In this document: one piece after another, positions 27,885 to 38,397 of the stretch
Layout: the number at the start of each line of letters is the position of its first letter
Position numbering within the stretch: position 1 is the stretch's first letter
DNA from: Lachnospiraceae bacterium
Lineage (GTDB): Bacteria; Bacillota; Clostridia; Lachnospirales; Lachnospiraceae
NCBI GenBank assembly: GCA_017526745.1
Contig: JAFXQX010000001.1
Location: forward strand, 530 to 64,529
Direction: 5' to 3'
Length of the DNA: 64,000 bases
Translations under genes and position numbers: made by a program
The notes under the pieces: generated by a model
The model's database searches: none
Seen by the model: the letters and a program-made list of their open reading frames with translations, nothing else
What the model was told of the DNA's origin: nothing

Positions 27885-29342
27885 ATGAATTGGGAAAGCT
27901 TACTTTGCTCCGACAGGATCCGCATGGTGGCAAAAGGCGCCTCCTCGTCGGACGAGCGAACGGAATTTGAAAAAGACTATCAGCGCATCATTTCAAGCGC
28001 CTCATTTCGGCGCCTTCAGGACAAGACCCAGGTATTTCCCCTTGATAAGAGTGATTTTATAAGAACGAGACTTACACATTCTCTCGAAGTGGCCAACTTT
28101 GCCCGCTCCATCGGTAAAATGATAGGATCCCGTATCATCTCTGAAGGAAAGGATCCGGGATTTACCGATAAGATGAGGGAAGACGTCGCTTCGATACTTG
28201 AGTGCGCAGGCCTTCTGCATGATATCGGCAATCCCCCCTTCGGGCATTTCGGAGAGGATGCGATCCGTGATTGGTTCAAGAACAATCTGCCGCTGATGGA
28301 ATTTCGCGGCAGGAAGATCTCCGAAATACTGTCTGACCGGCAGCGGGAGGATTTCTACAATTTCGAAGGAAATACCCAGGCCCTCCGGGTAGTGACCAAA
28401 CTGCATTTCCTTGTTGACGAGCATGGGATGAACCTTACAAAGGCGCTTCTTGCCACGATCATGAAGTATCCCGTGTCGTCCGTGCAGATAAAGCAGGATC
28501 CGCACGATATCACATGCAAAAAGATGGGGTATTTTGCGGCAGATACCGAAGTGTTCGAGGATGTTCAGAAGTCATGCGGTACGAACGGCCGGCGTCATCC
28601 GCTTGCATTTGCTCTCGAGGCTGCAGACGATATAGCATACAGGACTGCAGATATAGAAGATGCGGTCAAAAAAGGGCTGCTGGATATACACATCCTCATA
28701 CGTGAGATGGAAAAGCTGTCGGATGAAGCGGTAAAGAATAAAGTACCGCGCGAGCAGACCGAAACATGCAAAAAGTATATCTCCAAGCTTGAACACTATT
28801 ATGAGAAGGCACTTGACCAGGGGTATGAGGAACCTCAGCTGTATGCCGTCCAGAATCTGGTCGTAAGGATACAGGGCCTCCTTCTTGCCTGTGCAGTCGA
28901 CAGCTTTATGTCCAATTATGATGCGATAATGACCGGCAGTTATAAAAAGGAGCTGCTCGCCGACACGCCGGGCAGTCTTCTACTAGAAATCCTCGGAGAT
29001 GTGGCACTTCGCTACGCATTCCTGTCCGCTCCCATATTGAAGCTTGAGGTGGCTGCGGATGCCATATTTGATTTTCTTCTCGGGCATATTGTCAGGGCTC
29101 TTGTATACTACGATACCGACGAGTGGAAAATGCACAGATGCGCAGTCGATACCAAGATGATAGGATTGATCTCGCCCTCGTTCATGCAGGTATACAGGAT
29201 ATATTCCAAAGATGCATCCGACGAGGAGAAACTGTATCTGAGACTGCTGCTTTCAACCGATTATGTGTCCGGGATGACCGACGGATACGCCAAAAGGCTG
29301 TACCGTGAGCTTCTCGGGATGGATACGTCACTTAACGTTTGA
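27885..29342 (+). CDS. dgt: dGTPase-family HD-domain triphosphohydrolase
   Basis: Motifs seen are FRRLQDKTQVF, RTRLTHSLEVANFARSIG, HDIGNPPFGH and a C-terminal DYVSGMTD. Confidence 0.85.
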   Translation: MNWESLLCSDRIRMVAKGASSSDERTEFEKDYQRIISSASFRRLQDKTQVFPLDKSDFIRTRLTHSLEVANFARSIGKMIGSRIISEGKDPGFTDKMREDVASILECAGLLHDIGNPPFGHFGEDAIRDWFKNNLPLMEFRGRKISEILSDRQREDFYNFEGNTQALRVVTKLHFLVDEHGMNLTKALLATIMKYPVSSVQIKQDPHDITCKKMGYFAADTEVFEDVQKSCGTNGRRHPLAFALEAADDIAYRTADIEDAVKKGLLDIHILIREMEKLSDEAVKNKVPREQTETCKKYISKLEHYYEKALDQGYEEPQLYAVQNLVVRIQGLLLACAVDSFMSNYDAIMTGSYKKELLADTPGSLLLEILGDVALRYAFLSAPILKLEVAADAIFDFLLGHIVRALVYYDTDEWKMHRCAVDTKMIGLISPSFMQVYRIYSKDASDEEKLYLRLLLSTDYVSGMTDGYAKRLYRELLGMDTSLNV

Positions 29343-29353
29343 GGTGATCGAAG

Positions 29354-30094
29354 ATGATGGAACCGACGCTCTCTTTTTGCAGAAGAAAGATAAGGGATAC
29401 AGGCTCTTATATTTACAGAGGGCTGGTCTATCCGTTTGTCAAGATGGCGATGGAGAGAAGGTGCGACAGTATCATAGGAAAGGGAGCATACCTTTACAAA
29501 GGGTGTTTTCTCGAAGGCAGGGATTATATTGGGGATAAAGCGGATCTTGCAAACGTAAGGATAGGAAGATCGACTTATATCGGGCCGCAGTCCAACATCA
29601 GTAATGCACGCATAGGAAGGTATTGCTGCATAGCCGGACTGGAGACTGCCGAGGGGCGCCATCCGGTCAAGGGTGAATGCCTGGCTGTGCACCCGGCGTT
29701 TTATTCGACCTCGGCCCAGTACGGCTATACATATGTCCGCGAAGATTCCTTTGAGGAGATGAAGTATGCCGACAGCCAAAACGGATACAGTATCGTAATA
29801 GGAAATGACGTATGGATAGGGCGCGGCGTTATGATACTTGACGGTATCACGGTCGGAGACGGGGCAGTTGTCGGAGCAAACAGCCTTGTGACATCCGACA
29901 TAGAACCTTATGCGATCTACGCCGGAAGTCCCGCCAGGAAAGTGGGCGAAAGGTTTGATGCCAAAACGGCAGAAAAACTGTTGAAGCTTCGCTGGTGGGA
30001 TAAGGACGAAAAGTGGATAGCGTCCAATGCGGAAAGATTTGCGAACAATACAGAAAACAGTGCAGTTGACGCCCTTCTTAAGGAAAAGGAGTAG
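29354..30094 (+). CDS. hexapeptide-repeat acetyltransferase of the xenobiotic/CatB-related (XAT) type
   Basis: Left-handed beta-helix repeats read IGNDVWIGRGVMILDGITVGDGAVVGANSLV. The C-terminal PARKVGERF...LLKLRWWD is typical of XAT enzymes. Confidence 0.7.
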   Translation: MMEPTLSFCRRKIRDTGSYIYRGLVYPFVKMAMERRCDSIIGKGAYLYKGCFLEGRDYIGDKADLANVRIGRSTYIGPQSNISNARIGRYCCIAGLETAEGRHPVKGECLAVHPAFYSTSAQYGYTYVREDSFEEMKYADSQNGYSIVIGNDVWIGRGVMILDGITVGDGAVVGANSLVTSDIEPYAIYAGSPARKVGERFDAKTAEKLLKLRWWDKDEKWIASNAERFANNTENSAVDALLKEKE

Positions 30095-30097
30095 AAA

Positions 30098-30523
30098 ATG
30101 ATCAGAGAACTTTACAGGAAACTTCAGTTTCCCGATCTGGGGGATGAGAGAGGCAAGCTTGTCGTTGCCGAAGGAGAGATAGATATCCCCTTCCCGATAA
30201 AGCGCGTTTTTTATATATACGGCTCAGATGATTCCGTTGTCCGCGGCCAACACGCCAACCGGAATTCGGAGTTTGTTCTTATTAATGTGGCCGGATCATC
30301 CAAGGTCATGATCACGGACGGAGAGAACAGGGAGATCGTAACGCTCTCCCGTCCCATGGAGGGACTGTACATTCCGAAGATGGTGTGGAAGGAGATGTAT
30401 GATTTTTCACCCGATTCCGTACTTCTGGTACTGGCAAGCACGCACTATGACGGAAGTGAGTACCTGCGTGACTATGACGAATACAGGGAAATGATGAAGC
30501 GTGAGATGGAATCGTTCGAATAA
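30098..30523 (+). CDS. WxcM/FdtA-like cupin (sugar 3,4-ketoisomerase family)
   Basis: The segment DERGKLVVAE...PFPIKRVFYIYG...VRGQHANRNSEFVLINVAGS is characteristic of FdtA/WxcM C-terminal domains. Confidence 0.7.
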   Translation: MIRELYRKLQFPDLGDERGKLVVAEGEIDIPFPIKRVFYIYGSDDSVVRGQHANRNSEFVLINVAGSSKVMITDGENREIVTLSRPMEGLYIPKMVWKEMYDFSPDSVLLVLASTHYDGSEYLRDYDEYREMMKREMESFE

Positions 30524-30543
30524 ACGGGAAGATAAATAAGCAC

Positions 30544-30572
30544 TTGACATATGTAATGCCGAGTGCTATTTT
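30544..30572 (+). promoter_or_regulatory. groESL sigma-A promoter
   Basis: TTGACA (30544-30549), a 17-nt spacer, then TATTTT (30567-30572). Confidence 0.6.
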
Positions 30573-30584
30573 ATTTTTTGCGGG

Positions 30585-30611
30585 TTAGCACTCGAGCAGA
30601 ATGAGTGCTAA
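30585..30611 (+). promoter_or_regulatory. CIRCE operator (HrcA binding site)
   Basis: TTAGCACTC-gagcagaat-GAGTGCTAA is a perfect match to the consensus TTAGCACTC-N9-GAGTGCTAA. Confidence 0.95.
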
Positions 30612-30667
30612 CAACAGATCGAAAGACTGGATCAAAACAAACATATAATAAAAGGAGGCAATAGATC

Positions 30668-30952
30668 ATGAAGTTATCACCACTCGGCGACAGAGTCGTA
30701 CTTAAACAGCTTGAAGCTGAAGAAACAACCAAGTCCGGTATCGTTCTTCCCGGACAGAGCAAAGAGAAACCCCAGCAGGCTGAAGTTATAGCAGTCGGCC
30801 CCGGCGGAGTCATTGACGGCAAGGAAGTGACAATGCAGGTCAAGGTCGGGCAGAAGGTCATCTACTCCAAGTACGCAGGTACTGAGGTAAAGCTTGACGA
30901 TGAAGAGTTCATCATAGTAAAGCAGAATGACGTTCTTGCGGTCGTAGAATAA
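30668..30952 (+). CDS. groES: co-chaperonin GroES
   Basis: A 94-aa protein beginning MKLSPLGDRVVLK...TKSGIVLP. The gene sits upstream of groEL. Confidence 0.97.
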   Translation: MKLSPLGDRVVLKQLEAEETTKSGIVLPGQSKEKPQQAEVIAVGPGGVIDGKEVTMQVKVGQKVIYSKYAGTEVKLDDEEFIIVKQNDVLAVVE

Positions 30953-30977
30953 TCATAGGTTAAATATCATCAGTTAA

Positions 30978-32615
<1,638 letters not shown>

Positions 32616-32626
32616 TGCGCCTGTGA

Positions 32627-32655
32627 TTGATTTTTAAGGGATTTGGTGGTAAAAT
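32627..32655 (+). promoter_or_regulatory. sigma-A-like extended -10 promoter upstream of the flagellin-like gene
   Basis: TTGATT, a 17-nt spacer ending in TGg, then TAAAAT. Confidence 0.45.
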
Positions 32656-32692
32656 ATAATCCCCTAAAAATGCGGAACAGGAGGTGCATGAT

Positions 32693-33454
32693 ATGTCAGG
32701 AATAAACGGTATCTCTCAGAATAATATGTATTCGCAGATCGCTAGCGGCAGGAGGATCAACTCGGCTGCGGATGATGCGGCGGGACTTACGATCTCGCAG
32801 AAGATGACGAGCCAGGAGACCGGACTTAACCAGGGATCCGAAAATGCCAAGGACGGTGTATCACTACTTAACATCGCTGACGGTGCCCTCTCACAGATAG
32901 GCGACAGCCTTCAGAGGATATATGAGCTCGGGGTAAAGGCTTCAAACGGACTTAATACCGGCGAAGAGCTTGGCGCGATCCAGAGCGAGGTTGACCAGCT
33001 TCTTTCGGATATCGAAGGGATCGCAAAGGGTACCGAGTTCAATACGATGAAGATCCTTGACGGCAGCATGGCAGATATCGATCTTGCCACGAAGCCTGAC
33101 GGAACAGGCCAGAAGATACAGATGGTCAGCTCCACGCTCGAGGCTCTTGGCATTGACGGCCTTGATTTTACCAAAGGTGTCGATCTTGATAAGATATCGC
33201 AGGCTATCGACAAGGTATCAGAATCAAGGAGCAGCATGGGAGCCCAGACCAATGCACTTGAATCCGCGATCAGGTATAACGATTATGCCGCGCAGAACAC
33301 CATGTCATCACGCTCCAGACTGGAAGATCTTGATATGGCCAAGGCGATCTCCGAGAAGAAGAAACTTGAGACGCTCAATCAGTATCAGCTGATGATGCAG
33401 AAGAAGCGTGAAGAGGAAGAGGAGAGGCGTGCCGTAGGCATTATGAGATTCTAG
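32693..33454 (+). CDS. divergent short flagellin-family protein (253 aa)
   Basis: An AGGAGG RBS lies 8 nt before the ATG at 32693. The flagellin N-domain reads RINSAADDAAGLTISQKM...AKDGVSLLNIADGAL...LQRIYEL and the C-domain reads RSSMGAQTNALESAI...SRLEDLDMAKAISE. Confidence 0.75.
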   Translation: MSGINGISQNNMYSQIASGRRINSAADDAAGLTISQKMTSQETGLNQGSENAKDGVSLLNIADGALSQIGDSLQRIYELGVKASNGLNTGEELGAIQSEVDQLLSDIEGIAKGTEFNTMKILDGSMADIDLATKPDGTGQKIQMVSSTLEALGIDGLDFTKGVDLDKISQAIDKVSESRSSMGAQTNALESAIRYNDYAAQNTMSSRSRLEDLDMAKAISEKKKLETLNQYQLMMQKKREEEEERRAVGIMRF

Positions 33455-33489
33455 GTTCTGCCGGATGACGACAGCCGGATGATAATGCG

Positions 33490-33519
33490 GTTGACATTAA
33501 AGCAAAGATTGTGATATAA
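33490..33519 (+). promoter_or_regulatory. candidate promoter for tRNA-Trp
   Basis: TTGACA (33490-33495), a 17-18 nt spacer, then ATATAA/TATAAA. Confidence 0.4.
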
Positions 33520-33523
33520 AGAT

Positions 33524-33549
33524 TAGGCGGCCGGTGGCCGCCTGATTTT
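33524..33549 (+). terminator. hairpin after the flagellin-like gene
   Basis: AGGCGGCC-ggt-GGCCGCCT is followed by GATTTTA. It could also form the 5' end of the tRNA-Trp precursor. Confidence 0.5.
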
Positions 33550-33553
33550 ATAC

Positions 33554-33624
33554 AGGGGATTGGTCAAATGGTATGATAGGGGTCTCCAAAACCTTTGGTG
33601 GGAGTTCGATTCTCTCATCCCCTG
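33554..33624 (+). tRNA. tRNA-Trp (anticodon CCA)
   Basis: The full cloverleaf folds by hand. The acceptor is AGGGGAT/ATCCCCT, the anticodon loop is CUCCAAA and the T-loop is TTCGATT. CCA is not encoded. Confidence 0.9.
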
Positions 33625-33633
33625 TTGAAAAAG

Positions 33634-33667
33634 GCTCTGCAACAGTATTTGTTGCAGGGCTTTTTTA
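33634..33667 (+). terminator. intrinsic terminator after tRNA-Trp
   Basis: A 10-bp stem GCTCTGCAAC / GTTGCAGGGC followed by TTTTTT. Confidence 0.85.
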
Positions 33668-33705
33668 TTTAATCTGTTTTTAATCTATATTTAATATAAT
33701 AACTC

Positions 33706-33734
33706 TTGACATATTATATTATACGACGTATAGT
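33706..33734 (+). promoter_or_regulatory. sigma-A promoter of the efflux operon
   Basis: TTGACA, a 17-nt spacer, then TATAGT. The spacer and -10 box contain the dyad TATACG-a-CGTATA. A TTTTCGAAAA palindrome lies in the 5' UTR (33759-33768). Confidence 0.6.
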
Positions 33735-33793
33735 ATTCGACGAAGGATAGGTTAAACGTTTTCGAAAAACATCTTAAAGAGGATATCGATCTT

Positions 33794-35176
33794 ATGAAAC
33801 ACAAAAAACTGATGATCGGAACATGCATAGCAGTCGCTGCCGCAGTCGGAGGAATATCTGTTACGGCATCCGCGACAACCGCGATCAGGACCGCTGTTGC
33901 CCAAACGGGACAGCTTGACTGCGAGCTTGAACTTAACGGAAAGGTTGAGAGCCTTTCGGAGAAGACCTGCTTTGCCAAGGTCAAAGGCAGGATAGGAACC
34001 GTTAACGTTAAAGAGGGAGACCTTGTCAGAAAGGGAGACCTTCTGCTTGCATATAACAACGAAGATATCGAGCTGGCACAGATGCTTGCCGAGTTTGATG
34101 TGGCTGCGGATCAGGGCGGATACGACGATTTCAGACAATCGGGCGGACGTGCGGCAGGCCTGTACGGAGAAGCAAAAAACTCTATTGCAGAGCTTGAGCA
34201 GCAGATCACAACAACCGAGGCCGTCATCATAATGACCCAGCAGGCTCTTACCGACAGAAAGTCAGAACTGTCGGCCCGCGGGGCGCAGCTTCAGGCAGAT
34301 CTTGCCGGATGTGTTCCCGATGAAGATGATGATCCTTATGACGTCGAGAAAGCCCGCGGAAATATCCAAAAGGAGATCGCACAAAACACGTATGACATGC
34401 AGTACGATCCCGAGATAATCAAAAAGCAGGAAGAGCTTGATTATCTGAACTACCTGATGACCACATATAAGGAAAAGAAGTCGGTTATGGAAAGCCAGAA
34501 AGCCGCCACCCAGATGAACCTTCAGACAAAAGGCGCCAAAGACCGGATCGAGGCCCAAAAGTGTGCCGATGACCTGGTCAACGAGACAAACATACGTGAC
34601 TACCGGGAGGCAATGGATGGCATAAGGGCTGATTTTGACGGAGTCGTGACCAAACTGTCGGTTTCGGAAGGGTCAAGCGTATCGGTCGGACAGGAACTCG
34701 TGCAGATTCAGTCGCTTGAGGATACGGCCGTTGTCTGTTATGTCAATAAATACGATATCATCAACATAGAAGAAGGCCAGATCGCAACCGCACATATTAA
34801 GAACAAAGATTATACATGCAGGGTATCAAGGATAGAAAAGATGACTAGCGATGACGGCTCGGCACCCGGTATAAGGGTTGAACTTGCCATTGATGAGCCG
34901 GATGATTCGATCATACTCGGCATTGAGTGTAAAACCAAGGTTCAGACCGCCATGCTGGCGTATGCGCTCCTGATCCCGACCGATGCGATATGTTCTGATG
35001 ATGAAGGGGACTATGTTTTCGTGATAAAGGACAACAAGGCGGAAAGAAGAAACATAGTCACGGGAGTCAGGAACGATGATACAGCCGAGGTGTGCGAAGG
35101 GCTTAGTGCGGGAGAAGTAGTCGGCTGGGACGAGGCGGCGGAACTTACCGACGGACAGAAAGTGAAGGCTTTATAA
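33794..35176 (+). CDS. efflux transporter periplasmic adaptor subunit (HlyD/MacA family)
   Basis: An N-terminal signal anchor, a lipoyl-like barrel (VKEGDLVRKGDLLL), a long coiled-coil hairpin and C-terminal beta-barrel domains are present. MacB-type ABC genes lie downstream. Confidence 0.8.
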   Translation: MKHKKLMIGTCIAVAAAVGGISVTASATTAIRTAVAQTGQLDCELELNGKVESLSEKTCFAKVKGRIGTVNVKEGDLVRKGDLLLAYNNEDIELAQMLAEFDVAADQGGYDDFRQSGGRAAGLYGEAKNSIAELEQQITTTEAVIIMTQQALTDRKSELSARGAQLQADLAGCVPDEDDDPYDVEKARGNIQKEIAQNTYDMQYDPEIIKKQEELDYLNYLMTTYKEKKSVMESQKAATQMNLQTKGAKDRIEAQKCADDLVNETNIRDYREAMDGIRADFDGVVTKLSVSEGSSVSVGQELVQIQSLEDTAVVCYVNKYDIINIEEGQIATAHIKNKDYTCRVSRIEKMTSDDGSAPGIRVELAIDEPDDSIILGIECKTKVQTAMLAYALLIPTDAICSDDEGDYVFVIKDNKAERRNIVTGVRNDDTAEVCEGLSAGEVVGWDEAAELTDGQKVKAL

Positions 35177-36013
35177 TTGGACGGTTCAAAACAGGGATTA
35201 AAACCTCCCCAAAGGAGGATAATACATACTCAGGACCTGTGCAAGTCGTTTACTGCGGGCAACGTTGAGCAACAGGTACTGAAAAGCCTCGATCTTGATA
35301 TCTACCGGGGTGATTTTACCGTGATCATGGGTAATTCCGGCTCGGGGAAGAGTACGCTTCTGTATGCTCTTTCCGGCATGGATACACCGAGCATGGGAGC
35401 TATCGTTTATGAGACGGAGGACGGGGAGTCGACAAGGATCACCGGATATAATAATGACCAGCTTGCAAGATTCCGTCGCGACCACGTTGGCTTTGTGTTC
35501 CAGCAAAACTACCTGAATGACAGTATGAGTGCATTGGACAACGTCATGGTCGTGGGCCTCTTGAAGACCGGTAACCGGAGGGAACTGGCAGAAAAGGCGA
35601 AAGACCTGTTAAAACGCGTTGAGATAGAGGACGGTGACTGGGACAAGTTTCCGACGCAGATGTCGGGAGGCATGCAGCAGAGGGTTGCGGTCGTTCGGGG
35701 AGTCATCAACAGTCCCGAGGTGCTGTTTGCCGATGAGCCGACCGGAGCGCTGAACTCGCAGAATACCGAAAATGTTTTGAACATTATGTCCGATCTTAAC
35801 AAAGAAGGGCAGAGCATAGTGATGGTCACCCATACACTGGCTGCAGCGGAGCGCGGAAACAGGATAATCTATCTTTCCGACGGCGTGATATCCGACGAGG
35901 TAAGCCTGGGACCCTACCTCGGAAACTACAAGGATGAGACCAATCCTGATATCAAGGGCGCAAGGGAGCGCCATGCCAGGCTGAAATCATTCCTCCAGGA
36001 TATGGGGTGGTAA
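35177..36013 (+). CDS. ABC transporter ATP-binding protein (MacB/LolD-type)
   Basis: Walker A is GNSGSGKST, the signature is MSGGMQQRVAV and Walker B is LFADEPT. The start is uncertain: a TTG abuts the upstream TAA, and a strong SD at 35211-35218 is followed by no canonical start codon. Confidence 0.85.
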   Translation: MDGSKQGLKPPQRRIIHTQDLCKSFTAGNVEQQVLKSLDLDIYRGDFTVIMGNSGSGKSTLLYALSGMDTPSMGAIVYETEDGESTRITGYNNDQLARFRRDHVGFVFQQNYLNDSMSALDNVMVVGLLKTGNRRELAEKAKDLLKRVEIEDGDWDKFPTQMSGGMQQRVAVVRGVINSPEVLFADEPTGALNSQNTENVLNIMSDLNKEGQSIVMVTHTLAAAERGNRIIYLSDGVISDEVSLGPYLGNYKDETNPDIKGARERHARLKSFLQDMGW

Positions 36014-36014
36014 G

Positions 36015-38396
36015 ATGTACCGATATTATTTCATGGCCAAAAACAACATAAGAAAACAGAAGGGCGACATGATAACCTTCTTTATCCTGACTCTTGTCGC
36101 ATCGGCACTGATCTTTATCAGTGCCTCATTTTTGGTCGGTACCGGGCGCGTCGTTGATACGAACATGAAGAGGATAAACGCAGCCGATATCCTTGTCATG
36201 ATAAGCGATGATGAAAGAGCCGAGGCCAAACTTACCGAGATCATCAAAGGATGCGATGATCTTACGGGATTCGAATCGACCAAGTACTTGAACGCCAATG
36301 CCAAATACAGACGCAAGGGGGAAAAGAACTGGACGGAGTACTCCTTCCATATCGCATCATATGAGGATGAGCGCAAGATGCAGATGATATCATGTCCGAC
36401 CGGAAAGCTTCACGGCGATCAGGTTGTGATCCCGGTATCGTTTTCGGGTTCATATAAGATCGGCGACGTGATGGAACTGAAGATCGGGGAAAACGTGTAT
36501 CCGTTGAAGGTCGGCGGATTCAACGAAGATAATATATATTGTTCACCCATGAACATGGGGACGTATCTGATATACACTTCCGAGAAGCTTTATAACACCA
36601 TAGCCTTTGAAAATCCTAAAAAGGCATTGCCGTGCAAGCTAATCAAGACCGATCTTTCCAAGAAGGCAAAAAATACGGGGAGGGATGCGAACTCATATTG
36701 TGACGATCTGTTCAACGAATTCAACGACTGGTACATCGCATATTGCAGGAAGAACCCGGACTATGCCCTTTATTCGATGAACTTCCTTCCGGCGGAACTG
36801 ATGAAGACAGCGTCACTTATCCTGCCGCTCATATTCATAGCTATAGTGCTCATGTTTGCAGTCGTTATGCTCGTTATCGCTATGGTGATAATCCACTTTT
36901 CGGTCAAAAACTTCATCATGCTTAATATGAGGAACACCGGGATCATGGAAGCCTCAGGATATACGATAAGAGAACTTGTAATGATACTTCTTCTCCAGCT
37001 GCTCCTCGTTGCCGGCAGCGGATGTGCCTGTGGGATCACAGCCGGTGCGGCATCCATGGGTCCGGCCGGTGCGATCATACTGGCCACCCTCGGACTTTCG
37101 TGGAATCAGCCGGCCGACCCTCTCGTCTGCGCTTTTGTGTTTGCCGGAATATGCGTGGTCGTGACCGTCCTTACGATGGCTCTTGGCCGTGAGTATTCGA
37201 AAACATCAGTTCTGTCGGCGCTTCATGGAGGAAACTCCGTTACCCGCAGACGGAGGAATATTTTCTCATTCGAGCATACCCACCTTCCGCTCGGCCTCAC
37301 GCTTGCCTGCAAGGACACATTCGGGAAGTTTTCAAGTAAGATCGGTACGATCTTTATCATGATGGTATTGTCGATCTCGACGATGCTGGGATTCGGCATG
37401 GTTGATTCGTATACAAGAGATGATGCGGCACTGCTGAGTCTTGCCGGGATGTTTGACTGCGATGCGGTCGTGGACGGTTCGGAGACGATGATGAACAATA
37501 TCGCCGCTATGAATACCGTAAAGTCCGTATATGCGGATACATGGTATGCCTTCAATTATTCCGTTGGAAACCGCATGTCGAGTATCACTACAAGGGCGTT
37601 CACGGATACGAGCACCATAGTAGGCGGCAGTATCCTTGAGGGCGGCTGGCCGGTAAGGGCAAACGAGATAATGCTCGCAAGTGCAGCGGCAGATACACTT
37701 GGCGCCACTCTTGGCGATACCGTTACCATCAAAAACAGCGGTAAAGAAGAGGATTTTCGCGTATGCGGCCTCTGCCAGACGATGAACAACATGGGGATGA
37801 TGGCATATATAACGATCGAGGGATATGAGCGCGTGGCACCGCCCGTTGACGAGTATGACATCTGGGTCAACTTAAAGAACGGAAGATCATTTGCCGAATT
37901 TAAGGAAGAGTTTGAGGATGCATATCCCGATGTGGAGGTGACCGATTACAGGGAAGCCGCAAAGAACACGACAGGGGTGGTATCCGCCGGAATGAAGGCG
38001 GTAGCCTTGTTCATAGCAGCCCTTACCGTGATGATAGTGGCATTCGTGGAATCGCTTATAGTACGTGCCCAGATAACAAGGGAATGGAGGAACCTGGGTG
38101 TGAGCAAGGCGCTTGGTTTTACTTCGGAGCAGCTCATCCGTCAGGTGATGCTCTCGAACATGCCGGCGATAGTGATAGGCGTGGCAGCGGGCCTTGCCCT
38201 GTCACCGGTATCGTGTGCGAGCCTGATGAAGTCGGCATTTGCGATCTTCGGATTCAGAAAAGCTGTGTTTAGTGTGCTTCCCACATCATATATATTGACT
38301 TCGCTTATCATCTGCGGCATAGCAATGATAACGGCAGCCCTGCTGGGCCGCCGCATAAAATCACTTGAACCGGTTAAGATGATCACGGAAGAATGA
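36015..38396 (+). CDS. ABC transporter permease with two FtsX-type domains (MacB-like, 793 aa)
   Basis: It has an N-terminal TM helix, a large extracytoplasmic domain and a 3-TM FtsX module, and this arrangement is then repeated. Confidence 0.8.
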   Translation: MYRYYFMAKNNIRKQKGDMITFFILTLVASALIFISASFLVGTGRVVDTNMKRINAADILVMISDDERAEAKLTEIIKGCDDLTGFESTKYLNANAKYRRKGEKNWTEYSFHIASYEDERKMQMISCPTGKLHGDQVVIPVSFSGSYKIGDVMELKIGENVYPLKVGGFNEDNIYCSPMNMGTYLIYTSEKLYNTIAFENPKKALPCKLIKTDLSKKAKNTGRDANSYCDDLFNEFNDWYIAYCRKNPDYALYSMNFLPAELMKTASLILPLIFIAIVLMFAVVMLVIAMVIIHFSVKNFIMLNMRNTGIMEASGYTIRELVMILLLQLLLVAGSGCACGITAGAASMGPAGAIILATLGLSWNQPADPLVCAFVFAGICVVVTVLTMALGREYSKTSVLSALHGGNSVTRRRRNIFSFEHTHLPLGLTLACKDTFGKFSSKIGTIFIMMVLSISTMLGFGMVDSYTRDDAALLSLAGMFDCDAVVDGSETMMNNIAAMNTVKSVYADTWYAFNYSVGNRMSSITTRAFTDTSTIVGGSILEGGWPVRANEIMLASAAADTLGATLGDTVTIKNSGKEEDFRVCGLCQTMNNMGMMAYITIEGYERVAPPVDEYDIWVNLKNGRSFAEFKEEFEDAYPDVEVTDYREAAKNTTGVVSAGMKAVALFIAALTVMIVAFVESLIVRAQITREWRNLGVSKALGFTSEQLIRQVMLSNMPAIVIGVAAGLALSPVSCASLMKSAFAIFGFRKAVFSVLPTSYILTSLIICGIAMITAALLGRRIKSLEPVKMITEE

Positions 38397-38397
38397 T

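Noticed and set aside
27885-29342. The dGTPase considered as an anti-phage dNTP-depletion defence gene.
   Set aside because: It has the size and motifs of the housekeeping Dgt-like family common in Firmicutes. It sits in a syntenic-looking core context with no mobile or defence neighbours, and nothing in the sequence distinguishes it as a defence variant.
32636-32668. The hairpin AGGGATT...AATCCCT between groEL and the flagellin-like gene, considered as a possible groESL terminator.
   Set aside because: No T tract follows it on either strand, and the stem overlaps the candidate promoter -10 region. It is not convincing as an intrinsic terminator.
32640-32680. A search for a sigma-28/SigD promoter (TAAA-N15-GCCGATAA) upstream of the flagellin-like gene.
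   Set aside because: The best candidate is TAAA followed by GCGGAACA, which has the wrong spacing (18 nt) and only 5 of 8 matches.
33719-33768. The dyads TATACG-a-CGTATA and TTTTCGAAAA in the efflux operon promoter and 5' UTR, considered as operators.
   Set aside because: They are short AT-rich palindromes in an AT-rich region, and no regulator gene is adjacent. They are noted in the promoter feature but are too weak to stand as a finding.
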